Source: Histomonas meleagridis 2922-C6/04-290x (Eukaryota; Protista; Parabasalia). Taken from it: a stretch of DNA of 64,000 nucleotides. Shown here one piece after another: positions 1-11,028 of the stretch. Each line of letters starts with the position of its first letter. The first letter of the stretch is position 1. The stretch lies in the NCBI GenBank assembly GCA_020184695.1, contig JAANOX010000201.1, forward strand, positions 1-64,000. The letters run 5' to 3'. The position numbers were made by a program, and so were the translations under genes. The notes below the pieces were generated by a model, which saw only the letters and a program-made list of their open reading frames with translations, searched no databases and was not told where the DNA came from.

Positions 1-286
1 AAATTGTTAAAACAAAGTGAAGATATCCAAGCTGTATAAAATTGTTGATAATAGGTGGTGTGTTTTACTTCATTCTACAAAAACAGTAAAAAGTTTTATC
101 GGATTTAACCCCAAACAGTAACCCAAACCGTTGTCACTTTTTCAGAATGATCCTTGAATTAGCGGTTTTTCAAAAAAACAAGACTTTGAATGTGCCTTTA
201 GGAAAATTTTTTGAATGAAAAGTAATTTAACCACTTCCAAAGCAAAGAAAAAATTGAGTAACAGTTAATCTGGCAAAAAAATCATA

Positions 287-291
287 TCACT
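287..291 (+). promoter_or_regulatory. Trichomonad initiator (Inr) TCACT upstream of the gelsolin-family gene
   Basis: TCACT at 287-291, 6 nt before ATG 297; matches the parabasalid Inr consensus TCAYW. Confidence 0.6.
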
Positions 292-296
292 TATAT

Positions 297-1301
297 ATGA
301 CAACAGAACAAGTTTTCCTTGATCTTCCAGAAACCGAAACATTCAATGTTTTCAGGATTGAAAACTTCCAAGTTGTACCATGGAAAGACATCGGTGCTTT
401 TTATACAGGTGATGCATATATCGTTCTTGATGCTCATACTGTTGGAACCAGCCAACGTGTCCAACGTGATATCTACTACTGGCTTGGTAGAGAGTGCACA
501 CAAGATGAATCAGGTACAGCAGCTATCAAAACAGTTGAACTTGATGATCGCTTTGGTGGTGAACCAGTTCAACACCGTGAAATCCAAGGACATGAAAGTG
601 ATGCCTTTATGAAGGCCTTCGAAAGGTTTGGAGGTGTCCGTTATATGGATGGTGGAATTGATTCTGGATTCAGAAAAGTTGACACAACAAAGGGAGATAC
701 AATTCTTTATCACATCAAAGGCCGTAGACATCCAGTTCTTCAACAAGTTCCAGCAGTCGGAACATCATTGAACCAAGGTGATGTATTTATTGTTGTTGCC
801 CCAACAAAGCTCTTCCTTTGGATCGGAAAGAGTGCAAACATCATGGAAAAGAACAAGGGAGCTCTTGTTATGAACAAACTTCAATCACAACATCCTAAAT
901 CAAAACCAATTCGTATCGAAGGAGGTGAAACAACACCAGAATTCTGGGAAGCCCTTGGCGGTGAAACACCAATTGCTGATGCTAAGGAAGGTGGTGCTGA
1001 TGATGAACATGAAGCTGCGGCTGTACGTAAGATCTTCAAACTTGAAGGTGACAATGCAACACAAATTGCTGAAGGAAATGCTGCAACTAAAGACAAGCTC
1101 ACAAGCGATGCAGTATACATCATCCAACGCGGAAACTACATTGTTATCTATGCTGGAAAGAATGTTCCAACACAAGTATCAAAGCAAATGCTGAACATAG
1201 GTGTCAAATTCATTGGTGATCATGGACTTCCAAACTGGACACCAATCGCCACAGTCCGCGAAGGTGTTGCTTCACAAGATCTTGAAGTCGTTTTCGCATG
1301 A
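297..1301 (+). CDS. Gelsolin/severin/fragmin-family actin-binding protein (3 gelsolin-like domains)
   Basis: 334 aa; motifs FRIENFQVVP, FYTGDAYIVL, IYYWLGRECTQDESGTAAIKTVELDDRFGGEPVQHREIQGHES, SLNQGDVFI are gelsolin-domain hallmarks. Confidence 0.92.
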   Translation: MTTEQVFLDLPETETFNVFRIENFQVVPWKDIGAFYTGDAYIVLDAHTVGTSQRVQRDIYYWLGRECTQDESGTAAIKTVELDDRFGGEPVQHREIQGHESDAFMKAFERFGGVRYMDGGIDSGFRKVDTTKGDTILYHIKGRRHPVLQQVPAVGTSLNQGDVFIVVAPTKLFLWIGKSANIMEKNKGALVMNKLQSQHPKSKPIRIEGGETTPEFWEALGGETPIADAKEGGADDEHEAAAVRKIFKLEGDNATQIAEGNAATKDKLTSDAVYIIQRGNYIVIYAGKNVPTQVSKQMLNIGVKFIGDHGLPNWTPIATVREGVASQDLEVVFA

Positions 1302-1835
1302 GTAAAACCGAGCTAGTCTCACAAATTTAATGTAAACTTATGAAACAATTGAAAGCCGACAAAACCGTTTTTGGGTTGATCTGCATCGAGAGAAGAAAAC
1401 TTTATGAATCCAAAATTATTGCTTTAAGTTCGCTTGTCACATAGTAATATTGATATTATGCTTATAAGTTTAAGAAAGAGAAATTATTCCTCAAGATGTA
1501 GTTAAAAACTTTTTCAATGAATTTAAATGTCTTGAACAACTTTGTCCATTGTTATTTCTTTTTCTCACTTGCGTTTTCTCAACAGAGAAAATAAGTTAGA
1601 ACTTATAACTTGTAAATTATTTTTTATTAACAATATATTATCTTTCCTTGAGTTTAAAACGAGTTAACCAATGATTATCAATGATTTTTTACCATCTATT
1701 TGGCCACGCAAAATCAACCGCAAAAATTGAGAAGGCCGTATTGATTTAAATTTGAAAAAAACCGTTTGCCATAAACCAGGAAAAGCCACTTTTTGAAAGA
1801 TTACATCCAGAATCAAACTTTACCCAGAAAACCAT

Positions 1836-2411
1836 ATGGATGACGAATTGAAGGTCAATATCCAGTGGCTTCCTGGTGCGATTCTCCCCGTTGTTACACA
1901 CAGATCATCTACTGCCGAAGAGCTCTCCAATTTACTGCAGTTTTCATGTTTCGAACACGAAAAAGTATATTTATTTCATAATGGATTGGTTCTAAATCCT
2001 TCTGAAACTTTAGGGAATCAAGGAATAAAAAAAGGTGATGTGATTGAATGTAAAATTGTAAGTCAAATTGATCGGCTTGCTGACTTATTTATTAAAGAAA
2101 ATCAATCTATTGCCCGAGAAATGGCTCGCGTTTTAGATATACGTACAGATAAAATAGATTCAAGAAATGAAGTGGGAAAGACTGATTCTAATTCATCATA
2201 TTCTGATTCTGATTCATATCAATTTTTGTTTTTAGAAGGTAGCGACCTTACAACATCAAACGATATATCATCAGATCCTCTTCCAATCATATGGCAAAAT
2301 GATGATTATGAAGATATAAGATATAAAACAGGATCGAATAAGCAAAGCAAACAGAAGCAAGATAATCCTGATGCAAGAAATGATTGGAAAAAAGCTTTAC
2401 CGGATGAATAA
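1836..2411 (+). CDS. Hypothetical protein with N-terminal ubiquitin-like domain
   Basis: 191 aa; LFHNGLVLNPSETLGNQGIKKGDVI resembles the ubiquitin-fold LxxxxTLxxxGIxxGD pattern. Confidence 0.6.
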   Translation: MDDELKVNIQWLPGAILPVVTHRSSTAEELSNLLQFSCFEHEKVYLFHNGLVLNPSETLGNQGIKKGDVIECKIVSQIDRLADLFIKENQSIAREMARVLDIRTDKIDSRNEVGKTDSNSSYSDSDSYQFLFLEGSDLTTSNDISSDPLPIIWQNDDYEDIRYKTGSNKQSKQKQDNPDARNDWKKALPDE

Positions 2412-3899
2412 ATAGATTGTGTTTTTTCGTAAATTTGCAATGGCTCTTCTTTAAGAAAACGTTGAAATTGTAGAAAAAAGTTTAAGTTTTGAAATAATCT
2501 CCAATGTTGGTAAATATATACAAAATTGAATAGAACAGCTATTTTCAGAACATAAGATTTTAACTGCAATAATTAATAGAAATATTTCAATGAAATCGGA
2601 ACAGGATTGATAGTAAAGGTCCGGAATGTATGCGTTGTTTTTATGAAGTGAAGTGATCATGCCTTTTTGAATACCGTACGGTTATTAAACAAATAATTTT
2701 ATCCCATTATCTATTGGATAAAATGTATTATAAATCTAAAATTAAATATAAGATATAATAGAATACATAATTTAATATTATCATTAAAATATTCATCTCT
2801 ATATTAAAGATATTTACATATGTACGCAAAAGAATTAATGACATTCAATATGAATCATTCAAAAGTTCCTTTGATTGAGCGATTTTAGAGTTAAATTTCA
2901 ATATAATTCAAAGAAATTCCCCAGAAAAAGTCAGATTGATGGAATTATCTCATATTTGAACTCAATCTAAAATAAAAAAGATCAAATACCATAAACTCTC
3001 CAAATTTTTATATTACTATTATAAGGTAACCAATGCCAATGATTTATTAACATGAACAAAGATCCTTGATCAATTTTTTTCATCATATCAAAAATTTTTA
3101 TATATCAAATTCAAGCATCAAACAAATCTTCAATCAATTTTTTTGATTTCATTATAAGTCGAATGAAAATTCCAAATTTGTTTATTCATATTCCTAATTA
3201 TATCATATTTTTTGCAATATTTCAAAACTTTGGTATAAATATCACCAAAAAACATCAAGAAAACATTTATGTTATTTATTTCAACATAACGCTAATTAAT
3301 ACATTTGTTATACCAATTATTTTAAGCAACAAATCTAACAACAATTTTTCATATGTATAACAAATAAGAATTTTTCCTATTGTTTTGCGAAAATAGTAAG
3401 TTTTCAAGATTTCTTTCTGAATCTGGAGTTAATTTGGAAATATTTGATCAATTTTCATTTGGAATTTATGTATAAGTGCAGAAAACGAATGATACAATTG
3501 GAATAATTAACACATCAGAAATATTACATAGTCATTAATTTGTAATAAAGTTGGAAAGCAGTATTAAAATTCCATTTCGAAATTTTTGATCAAATTTCAA
3601 TCTTTTTTTAATTTATTTCAATATCCAACATTTTAAATTTATGATATATATGAAGTTGATAACTTATAAACAGGAGAATTATTTATCTTTTTTTAGTATA
3701 TCATAAGATATTTGCAAACATATATTTGTTTTTCATTTCCCAACTTTTTGTTTATAATTTGATCGTTTCAGAATTTAAATTTTAATTTGAAATGGTTTAG
3801 CAGTTATAATAACTTAACATTTATATGTTATACAATTATAAATGAATATTAATTTAGAAGTGATAAATATCATAATATATCTTGATTTATTTTAATTTT

Positions 3900-4745
3900 T
3901 TAGTTTATTAAATATTTCTTAAGTAATTCAACTATTTCAGGATGTTCATTCTTAGCTGCATATTCGATTGCAGTCCGAAATACTTTAAATTATTTCCAAA
4001 TATTACATTAATATTTTAAATCATTTAAACTAATTTTAAATATAACGAATAAATATTTCTAATATTAACATCAATTCCTTTATACTCGAGAAGTAACTTA
4101 GCAATTTCTATGTTACCATTTTTAGCAGCATATAATAGCGCTGTATTAAATATCATAAATAATTTTTTTCAGCACTAAACATAACAAATGTATATCTTGA
4201 AAGTTAATGTCAAGTCCATCTTTTTGAAGAAGTTTTTGGATTATTTCTATATAATTATTTTGAGCGGCATTTACATGCTATCATAAATGCTGTATAAAAT
4301 TATTTAAATAAATCCAAAATATTATTTTGAAATATCGAATTATTATAACAAATAGCATTTTCAGCATTAACATCAATTCCTATTTGTTCAAGAAGTAAAT
4401 TAACTATTTCCGGATTATTCGATGTTGCACTTATAAGTGCTGTATGAAATATTTTAAACAAATTGAATTGATAATCTCTATTTCTTTTATTTGAACCATT
4501 TTTAAAAATTTAAAACACAATTCATAATTATCAGTTAACATAAAGTATGAATATAAGGAATTACAAACAGCTAAATTAAATGAATATGAATATTCTTTGG
4601 AAAAATAATTCATGAAAGAATCTACATATTCATTAAAGTTTTCTTCTTTTAAATCAAAAATAATTTGTTCAATAGACTGTAGTGTTTCTAGGTTTTCCAT
4701 TTTATTGTCTTTGATTTTTCTTCTGTTTATAAAAGATAAATTCAT
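3900..4745 (-). pseudogene. Ankyrin-repeat gene (DUF3447-type N-terminus fused by deletion to ankyrin repeats), repeats interrupted by AT-rich inserts
   Basis: Minus strand: MENLETLQSIEQIIFDLKEENF N-terminus, then TALISATSNNPEIVNLLLEQIGIDVNAEN / TAFMIA..IEIIQKLLQKDGLDINFQD / TALLYAAKNGNIEIAKLLLEYKGIDVNIRN / TAIEYAAKNEHPEIVELLKKYLIN*, separated by inserts at 4294-4356, 4145-4193, 3975-4054. Confidence 0.8.
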
Positions 4746-4784
4746 ATGCCTTGTTCTAAAAGTTTACTTATAAACAAAAAATTG

Positions 4785-4790
4785 AAAAAA
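4785..4790 (-). terminator. RNA polymerase III terminator (T6) after tRNA-Phe
   Basis: AAAAAA on + strand directly adjoining the tRNA discriminator base. Confidence 0.7.
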
Positions 4791-4863
4791 TGGGACTCCG
4801 CGGACTCGAACCACGTACCTCACGATCTTCAGTCGTGTGCTCTCCCAGGTGAGCTAGAGTCCC
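4791..4863 (-). tRNA. tRNA-Phe (GAA), intronless
   Basis: Reverse complement GGGACTCTAGCTCACCTGGGAGAGCACACGACTGAAGATCGTGAGGTACGTGGTTCGAGTCCGCGGAGTCCCA folds as a 73-nt cloverleaf: 7-bp acceptor stem, anticodon stem CACGA/TCGTG around CTGAAGA, TTCGA T-loop. Confidence 0.97.
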
Positions 4864-5043
4864 TGTGTTAACTTTATTTTATAATTTTAGTATATTTATT
4901 TTTTTAACACATTAACAATCAATATTTACATATTAATTTATAAAGTTTAATAAAAAATATATCAATTATTCAATTCAAAAAATATGACTTGTATCTTTCT
5001 AAGACATTAAGTTATAATCAAAAAATCATAAAATGACATATTA

Positions 5044-5587
5044 ATGAATGTCGAACAGCGATACGTCATCTTTTTTTCCTCAAAAAGGCTTCACAGGAAG
5101 CCAAATAATAAAAGAATTACAAGAAGTTTATGACAATGATTCGCTCTCTAAAACACAGGTCTATTTTTAAATTTCTGAAATTCGTGGGCGGAGATAAGAC
5201 CTTCAGAATATAGAGCTCCCTGGGAAAATTTTTACTAGAAGATATATCCGAAAAAATTTTATATTGGCTATCCAATATAATGCAAAACCGCACACATCAT
5301 TGAAAACAAAAAATTTTATTTTTAATCAATTCTGACGTCCAGAATAGAGTCAACTTCATTACCCACCCTATTCACAGATATTGCCCCCAGTAACTTCTAT
5401 TTATTCGGTAAATTCAAAACAAATTTGGAGGGATGCAATTTTGAAAATGAAAGCCTATTATTTTAAATACATAACCGAATATGTCGGGAATATTGATCAT
5501 GATGAATTAATGGCTGCGCCTGATGAATGGATAACTCGTCTTCAAGAAGTGATAAGCACATGGGCGAGTACATGTTGGCAAATATAA
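5044..5587 (+). mobile_element. Degenerate, internally deleted mariner (Tc1/mariner) transposase relic
   Basis: Across frames: MNVEQRYVIFF..KGFTGSQIIKELQEVYDNDSLSKTQVYF*ISEI (Mos1-type HTH), YNAKPHT at 5276 (HDNARPH motif), PPYS(P)DIAPSNFYLFGK at 5363 (YSPDLAPSD motif), EWITRL..GEY C-terminus; stops and frameshifts; no TIRs recognised. Confidence 0.85.
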
Positions 5588-6052
5588 ATTAAAATCGATC
5601 ATTTTGAATTCAAAATCGATATAAACCATTGAATTAAAAATCAAAAAAAAAAATATCAATATCTTCATCTATAAATGATTTAAAATAAATAAATTATATT
5701 TTTACATATAAAATATATAATATTATATTATTATAAAATATAAAAGTATTTTATAAAGGAAACCTTTGCCTGACTGACTCTGTGAAATTTTATATTTTCG
5801 AAAATTTACCTGCTCTAGTGATTGTTTCTTTCTATTTTAGAAAATATTATTCATTAAAGAAGAAATTTAAAAAAGTAAAAAAAAAAAAAAAATTTATTTC
5901 AAAAAAACGATTAATTCCATTAATATGACCTTAAAGACCTTTCCCAACGATAGAATCGAATGAATGAAAAATCATCGTATTTATATTCAAAAACTGAAGT
6001 GTAGAATCTATTCGACTTTTTCAAAACAAACGATAACATTACATTGAATTCT

Positions 6053-8794
6053 CTATCGTACTTCTTCACTTTCTCTTGAAATATGCTTAGTCATTGCTTC
6101 AAAAAGTGAAATAATTCTCGAAATGAAATCGAATGCATCGTTGTTCATTTCACTTTTGTCCAACTTTTCAAATTCTGTTTTCATTTTCTCTAAGCATTCG
6201 ACTAAACGTTCGAACTTGAATTGCGACTGGAAGTCCAATTCGTTAATGTTAAAAATTCTTTTCATTAAGTCATTGAAACCTTTAAGCGAACGATTTGTGT
6301 TATATAACTTTTCATAATCATTTGCGAACATTGGTAAGTACTCTCTTGGGTTTTTAGATGTGTGAAATATTTCATTAATTTCTTCAATTTTCATTTGCTT
6401 ATTAATTCCACCCGGTGGAATGCATATAAGTAAACCATTTACCATTATTATTAATTCATTAATTGTTAACTCTTCGGAATTTTTATTTGTTAATGGACGT
6501 AATGAAAATGATTCAATCGAATGAATGATATTAATTAATGTTTCTTTGATGTTGTTTTGTTCTTCTTTTAATTGGATTCGTTCTTTTTCATGCTTGATGT
6601 AATCATCACAAATCATTTGAATCATTTCGGGTAAATCATTCAATTTTTGAATGTTGCACGATGAGAATATTCGTTCGATGGAATTGATTTGATTACAAAG
6701 CGATTTATTTTGTTTGGTGAGTTCTGTGATTTTATCAAATAATGTATATTCATATTGAGTAATTAAATCAATGGAATTATCACTTTGTATTTGGAAATCA
6801 AAAAATTGCTTTGTATTATTAATTAAATTCTGAAGATATTTAGTAAGAGTTTTATAAGATTCTTCTTGTGTTATGTTTTTATGTCGAGATTTGTTTAATT
6901 CTTTAAATAGTTTTGTGCTTTCATCAAGAACGATTTGAAATAATTCCGGATTATCTTCTTTAATTTCATTGGTTGAAAGCGAATAGTGAATCTTTAAAAG
7001 ATTACTACATGTTTGCGCCTGCAATTTCCGAATTTGTTTTTCGAGATCTTTGATTTTATACATCGAATTTGATGTTAATTCCGATAGATCAGAAAAAGTC
7101 GTTTCTTTATCTGAAAAAGTGTAATCCTTAGCGGTTAATGTGATGATGCTTTGTATCATTGCGTTTTTGTATTCCTCATTAATCTCTTCGGATCGTCTTA
7201 ATTGTTCAGATAAAGAATAGACAAGATCTGAAGTTTTTTGTAATTGCTCTTCAACTGATGCTGTCAAATCAATTGATTGATTTATATTACGAAGAGTATT
7301 AAGTATGTTTTTTTCACGCTCATTTTCTTCTTGAGTTTGAATTGAAGGTGCACTTTTTATAAGCTCTTTGATTGAATCAATCATAATTTCATCACTTTCC
7401 CAATTACTGCAATCAAATGGTTGCTTGTATTTGGTTGAAAAGTCTAATGCAATAGAAAGAATTCCATTACGAAGTTGAGCATAATCCAAATGTGATTTTT
7501 GAATTGAAGATATTTCGAAGTCCGATGATTTCTTGATTGATAAAACTTTCTTTTCTTGAAGCTTTTTGTTCTTTTCTTTCAATTCATCGATTTCTTTTTG
7601 CTGTTCTTTAATTTGATTTGATTTTGAATCAAGCAAAGTTTGAAAGGCTGTTAGCTTACTAAGAACTAAAGAGAAAGTACTTTCATACTCCTTAATCATT
7701 TCTGGTGCATTATCAATAAGTATTGCCTTCAATGGATTAATTTCAACATTACGATTTAATTCTATTTGCTTCTCATCACCAATAGTATTAAGGTTCTTAA
7801 TGAAAGCATCAACAGAGTTTCTAAATTCTTTAAGAGCATTTAAATCAGGGTTTTCTTTATCTGATTGGAAAGAAGGTTTAATAACAGTAAACGGCCGCTC
7901 TATCGTATCGAAAACTTTTTGAATGTCATCATCGGTTTTTTGGAATTTTTCTTTTAGTGCTTTTAGCTCGCTTGGAAAATCTAATGCTGCCTTTAACAAA
8001 TTAGATATCGCTGTAATCTTTGTTGTAATATCTGATTTGCATCTATGCAATTCATTTTCTGTTAGTCCGCATTCCTTAATGTTGTTTTTAAAATGATGGT
8101 TGACAAGAGAAACAAACGACTTAAGATCATTCTGATAAGTTATCAACTTTTCATGTTTAATGTTAGACGTTGGTGATAAATTGAAAAGTTCTTTGATATT
8201 ATTGGAAAGTGTTTGACAAAAACTCTGAAGACCCGTAATAACCGGTGAAAGTTTCTCGTTTTTGTTTTGTTGAAATTCATTTGTTTTTATGATTTTATCA
8301 AAAATTTGTTGGACTGCAAGAAAATGCTTTTGAACGATTGGAGCATGAGGGATTACTTGCGACATAGATTGCATCTTCGTTTTAAAATTATTCCATGTCT
8401 TTATAACTTCTGTTGATGTGGGAATCATTGCCTTTCCACTTAGAACAGTTGTTTTTTCTGCAGTTTTTTCAAGTCGAGATTTCTCGTTAAAATATCTTAA
8501 TGTTTGAGCATAAAATTGTGGAAAAATACTTCCGAATAAATCATAAAATTCAGAAAAATCTTTTGAAATTGATTCTATTGATTGATTTTTGTCAACAATC
8601 ATTTTAATGTCTTGAAGAAGTTCAGAAACTTCTTGATGAATTACATTGATTTGCGAAAGATTGTTTTGCTCATCTGGCTTTAGAGGAGGAAGGGAAGCAT
8701 TTGAATTACTAGCTTCCACTCCTTGCTGTGCATTTTTTCTTGGGCTTAATCTGTTTAGTTCATTTGATTGAGGTCTCTTGAAATTTTTGTTCAT
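6053..8794 (-). CDS. Large coiled-coil hypothetical protein
   Basis: Uninterrupted ~913 aa ORF (first ATG 8794; the track start is GTG); heptad-rich K/E/Q/L composition; no recognised catalytic motif. Confidence 0.75.
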   Translation of the reverse strand: MNKNFKRPQSNELNRLSPRKNAQQGVEASNSNASLPPLKPDEQNNLSQINVIHQEVSELLQDIKMIVDKNQSIESISKDFSEFYDLFGSIFPQFYAQTLRYFNEKSRLEKTAEKTTVLSGKAMIPTSTEVIKTWNNFKTKMQSMSQVIPHAPIVQKHFLAVQQIFDKIIKTNEFQQNKNEKLSPVITGLQSFCQTLSNNIKELFNLSPTSNIKHEKLITYQNDLKSFVSLVNHHFKNNIKECGLTENELHRCKSDITTKITAISNLLKAALDFPSELKALKEKFQKTDDDIQKVFDTIERPFTVIKPSFQSDKENPDLNALKEFRNSVDAFIKNLNTIGDEKQIELNRNVEINPLKAILIDNAPEMIKEYESTFSLVLSKLTAFQTLLDSKSNQIKEQQKEIDELKEKNKKLQEKKVLSIKKSSDFEISSIQKSHLDYAQLRNGILSIALDFSTKYKQPFDCSNWESDEIMIDSIKELIKSAPSIQTQEENEREKNILNTLRNINQSIDLTASVEEQLQKTSDLVYSLSEQLRRSEEINEEYKNAMIQSIITLTAKDYTFSDKETTFSDLSELTSNSMYKIKDLEKQIRKLQAQTCSNLLKIHYSLSTNEIKEDNPELFQIVLDESTKLFKELNKSRHKNITQEESYKTLTKYLQNLINNTKQFFDFQIQSDNSIDLITQYEYTLFDKITELTKQNKSLCNQINSIERIFSSCNIQKLNDLPEMIQMICDDYIKHEKERIQLKEEQNNIKETLINIIHSIESFSLRPLTNKNSEELTINELIIMVNGLLICIPPGGINKQMKIEEINEIFHTSKNPREYLPMFANDYEKLYNTNRSLKGFNDLMKRIFNINELDFQSQFKFERLVECLEKMKTEFEKLDKSEMNNDAFDFISRIISLFEAMTKHISRESEEVR

Positions 8795-9422
8795 TTCTCC
8801 TCGCCCCACCCTAACTTACCGATTAAAAATAATTCAAAAAAAAAGCACCTACAAGAAAACATAGAATCATTTAACATCGGGGATGTTTTTTTAGTAATGC
8901 TTTAATAGATATTTACGTGTGTGGTTGTAGTGAATCAAATCTACCAAATTCATGAATGTTTTGTAATTGATAAAATTGATGTTGATAATAATTTTCAAAT
9001 ATTAAACTGATGTTGAAAAACTGATTTCAACTTGCTGTAATCCAAAATGAGTATGCCAAAAAAATGAAAAAAAAAAACAAGGAAAAAAAGACACAGAGGT
9101 ATACATGTTTTTTAAGTTATCTTATCCAATTTGTTTTTGTTTAATATTTTCTTTTTCTTTCTATTTTTCATATATTGTCACTGTCTAACTATAGTATAAA
9201 GTGCAAAACAAAAATTTTGATCAAATATCACAAATGAAATCATTAAACTTGGCACTCACAATTTTAGGAACTAAACCAGTTAGTTTTTTTAATATATTTA
9301 TTAAAGTAATCCTATTTGTTCCTCATCTGTTATTCATGTCACTTCACATCTATTCTTATCGGTTCAAAAACAATGAGTTCAAAATTGAAACGACAAACCT
9401 CCAAACGGTTCACTCGTTTGGA

Positions 9423-10796
9423 ATGCTTTCTTCCATACATAGCCGTGGATTAAAGACAATTATCGGAAATGGTCGCCTTGTCCGAGATCTTTCTCATGAA
9501 ATCGAAAATGATGGTGCTGTAGTTTTCGAAGATGATACAATCATTGAATGTGGAAAGACAGCTGAACTTCGCAACAAATATAAGTTCGCCAAGTATGTTA
9601 ACGCAGAAGGAAAGTTTATCATGCCAGGATTTGTTAATGCACATGGACATTATTATGGTTTATTTAGCCGTGGTCTTGCACTAAAAGATCCACCAGCTTA
9701 TACATTCCTCGAGGTTCTCCAACGTCTTTGGTGGCGTCTTGATCGTGCACTTCAACATGAAGATAGCTATCTTTCAGCAGCCGCCTTCAATATTGTTGCT
9801 CTTAAGACAGGCTGTACCACTGTCGTTGATCACCATGCCTCTCCCAACTGCATCGAAGGTGCTAATGATGATATTGCACAAGCTGCATTAGATTGTCACA
9901 TCCGTAATCACATTGCCTATGAAGTTACAGATCGTAATGGAATGGATGGAGCCTATGCTGGCATTGAAGAAAATCGTCGTTTCATTGAACGTTGTTATAA
10001 GAAAGATAAGAATCCAATGCTTGCCGCCTCCTTTGGTATGCATGCACCGTTCACATGCTCAGACGAAACACTTAAGAAGTCTGTTGAAGCCTTACAATCT
10101 GTACCAGAAGCATTACCATATGTTGGATATCACATTCACGTTGCCGAAGGACAATATGACGAAGATTACTCCATGAAGAATTATGGCAAAACATGTGTAC
10201 AACGTCTTGTTGACTTTGGAATTTGTGGTCCGAATACTATTTATGGACATTGTGTCTTTGTTAATGACGAAGAACTCGACTTAATTAAGAAGACGGGCAC
10301 AAACATTGTCACAAATCCATCATCTAACCTTAACAATGCTGTTGGGTTACCAAGAGCTGAGGCCATTCTTAAGCGCGGAATTCCTTTAGCACTTGGAACT
10401 GATGGAATGACATACGACATGTTGCAAGAAATGAAGTTCTTGTACTGCGCACAAAAACTTAACCATAAGGACCCACGCGTTATGGGTTATGACTCACTTA
10501 AGATATTAATGGAAGGCAACAGCAAATTGGTATCGAAGGCATTCCAAAAGAAGGTCGGAATCATTGAACCAGGCGCATTCGCTGATATCATTCTCGTCGA
10601 TTACGACGCACCATCGCCTGTGACTATTGGCAACTTGCCATGGCATATGGTGTTCGGAATGTCCGGAAAGGATATTCACTCAACTTTCGTAGGAGGTAAA
10701 CAGGTCGTCAAGAACCACGAGCTGTTGACTATCGATGAGAAGGCAGTGTTCGCAAGGTGCTTAGAAAGGCAGCCGGGAATCGCTGAGAGACTCTGA
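9423..10796 (+). CDS. ssnA: SsnA-like metal-dependent amidohydrolase (chlorohydrolase/deaminase family), bacterial type
   Basis: NAHGHYYG (HxH), LWWRLDRAL, GCTTVVDHHASP, YEVTDRNG, HAPFT, HIHVAEG, NPSSNLNNAVG, LGTDG parallel E. coli SsnA; likely start ATG 9423 with Inr TCACT at 9410-9414. Confidence 0.85.
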   Translation: MLSSIHSRGLKTIIGNGRLVRDLSHEIENDGAVVFEDDTIIECGKTAELRNKYKFAKYVNAEGKFIMPGFVNAHGHYYGLFSRGLALKDPPAYTFLEVLQRLWWRLDRALQHEDSYLSAAAFNIVALKTGCTTVVDHHASPNCIEGANDDIAQAALDCHIRNHIAYEVTDRNGMDGAYAGIEENRRFIERCYKKDKNPMLAASFGMHAPFTCSDETLKKSVEALQSVPEALPYVGYHIHVAEGQYDEDYSMKNYGKTCVQRLVDFGICGPNTIYGHCVFVNDEELDLIKKTGTNIVTNPSSNLNNAVGLPRAEAILKRGIPLALGTDGMTYDMLQEMKFLYCAQKLNHKDPRVMGYDSLKILMEGNSKLVSKAFQKKVGIIEPGAFADIILVDYDAPSPVTIGNLPWHMVFGMSGKDIHSTFVGGKQVVKNHELLTIDEKAVFARCLERQPGIAERL

Positions 10797-11028
10797 GTAA
10801 AAATAGTTTGATAACTTTTAACTAAATTTCATGAAATTGTTTTGTAAAATCAATTTGAAATTTTGAGATTAATACAAAATTTGTTTTATGTTCTTAAAAT
10901 TTTGATATTATTTAATGCTCTAAATGGCGGTGGTGAGGAGCAATGTTTGAGTTCTATAGCATTTGGCGTTGGTAAAAATGTAATCATTCGGAAATTCAAA
11001 CAAAGTCTGTTAATTTTTTATATTATTC

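Noticed and set aside
2700-3850. Coding-like AT-rich minus-strand stretch
   Set aside because: Riddled with stops and frameshifts; no family recognisable; probably decayed gene debris
9099-9194. GTATAC...CTAACTATAG intron-like segment upstream of ssnA
   Set aside because: Branch-to-AG spacing is one base short of the parabasalid consensus, no convincing upstream exon, and ATG 9423 with its own Inr explains the gene
9201-9422. N-terminal 74-codon extension of the amidohydrolase in the ORF track
   Set aside because: Begins at GTG, AT-rich, and homology to SsnA starts only after ATG 9423
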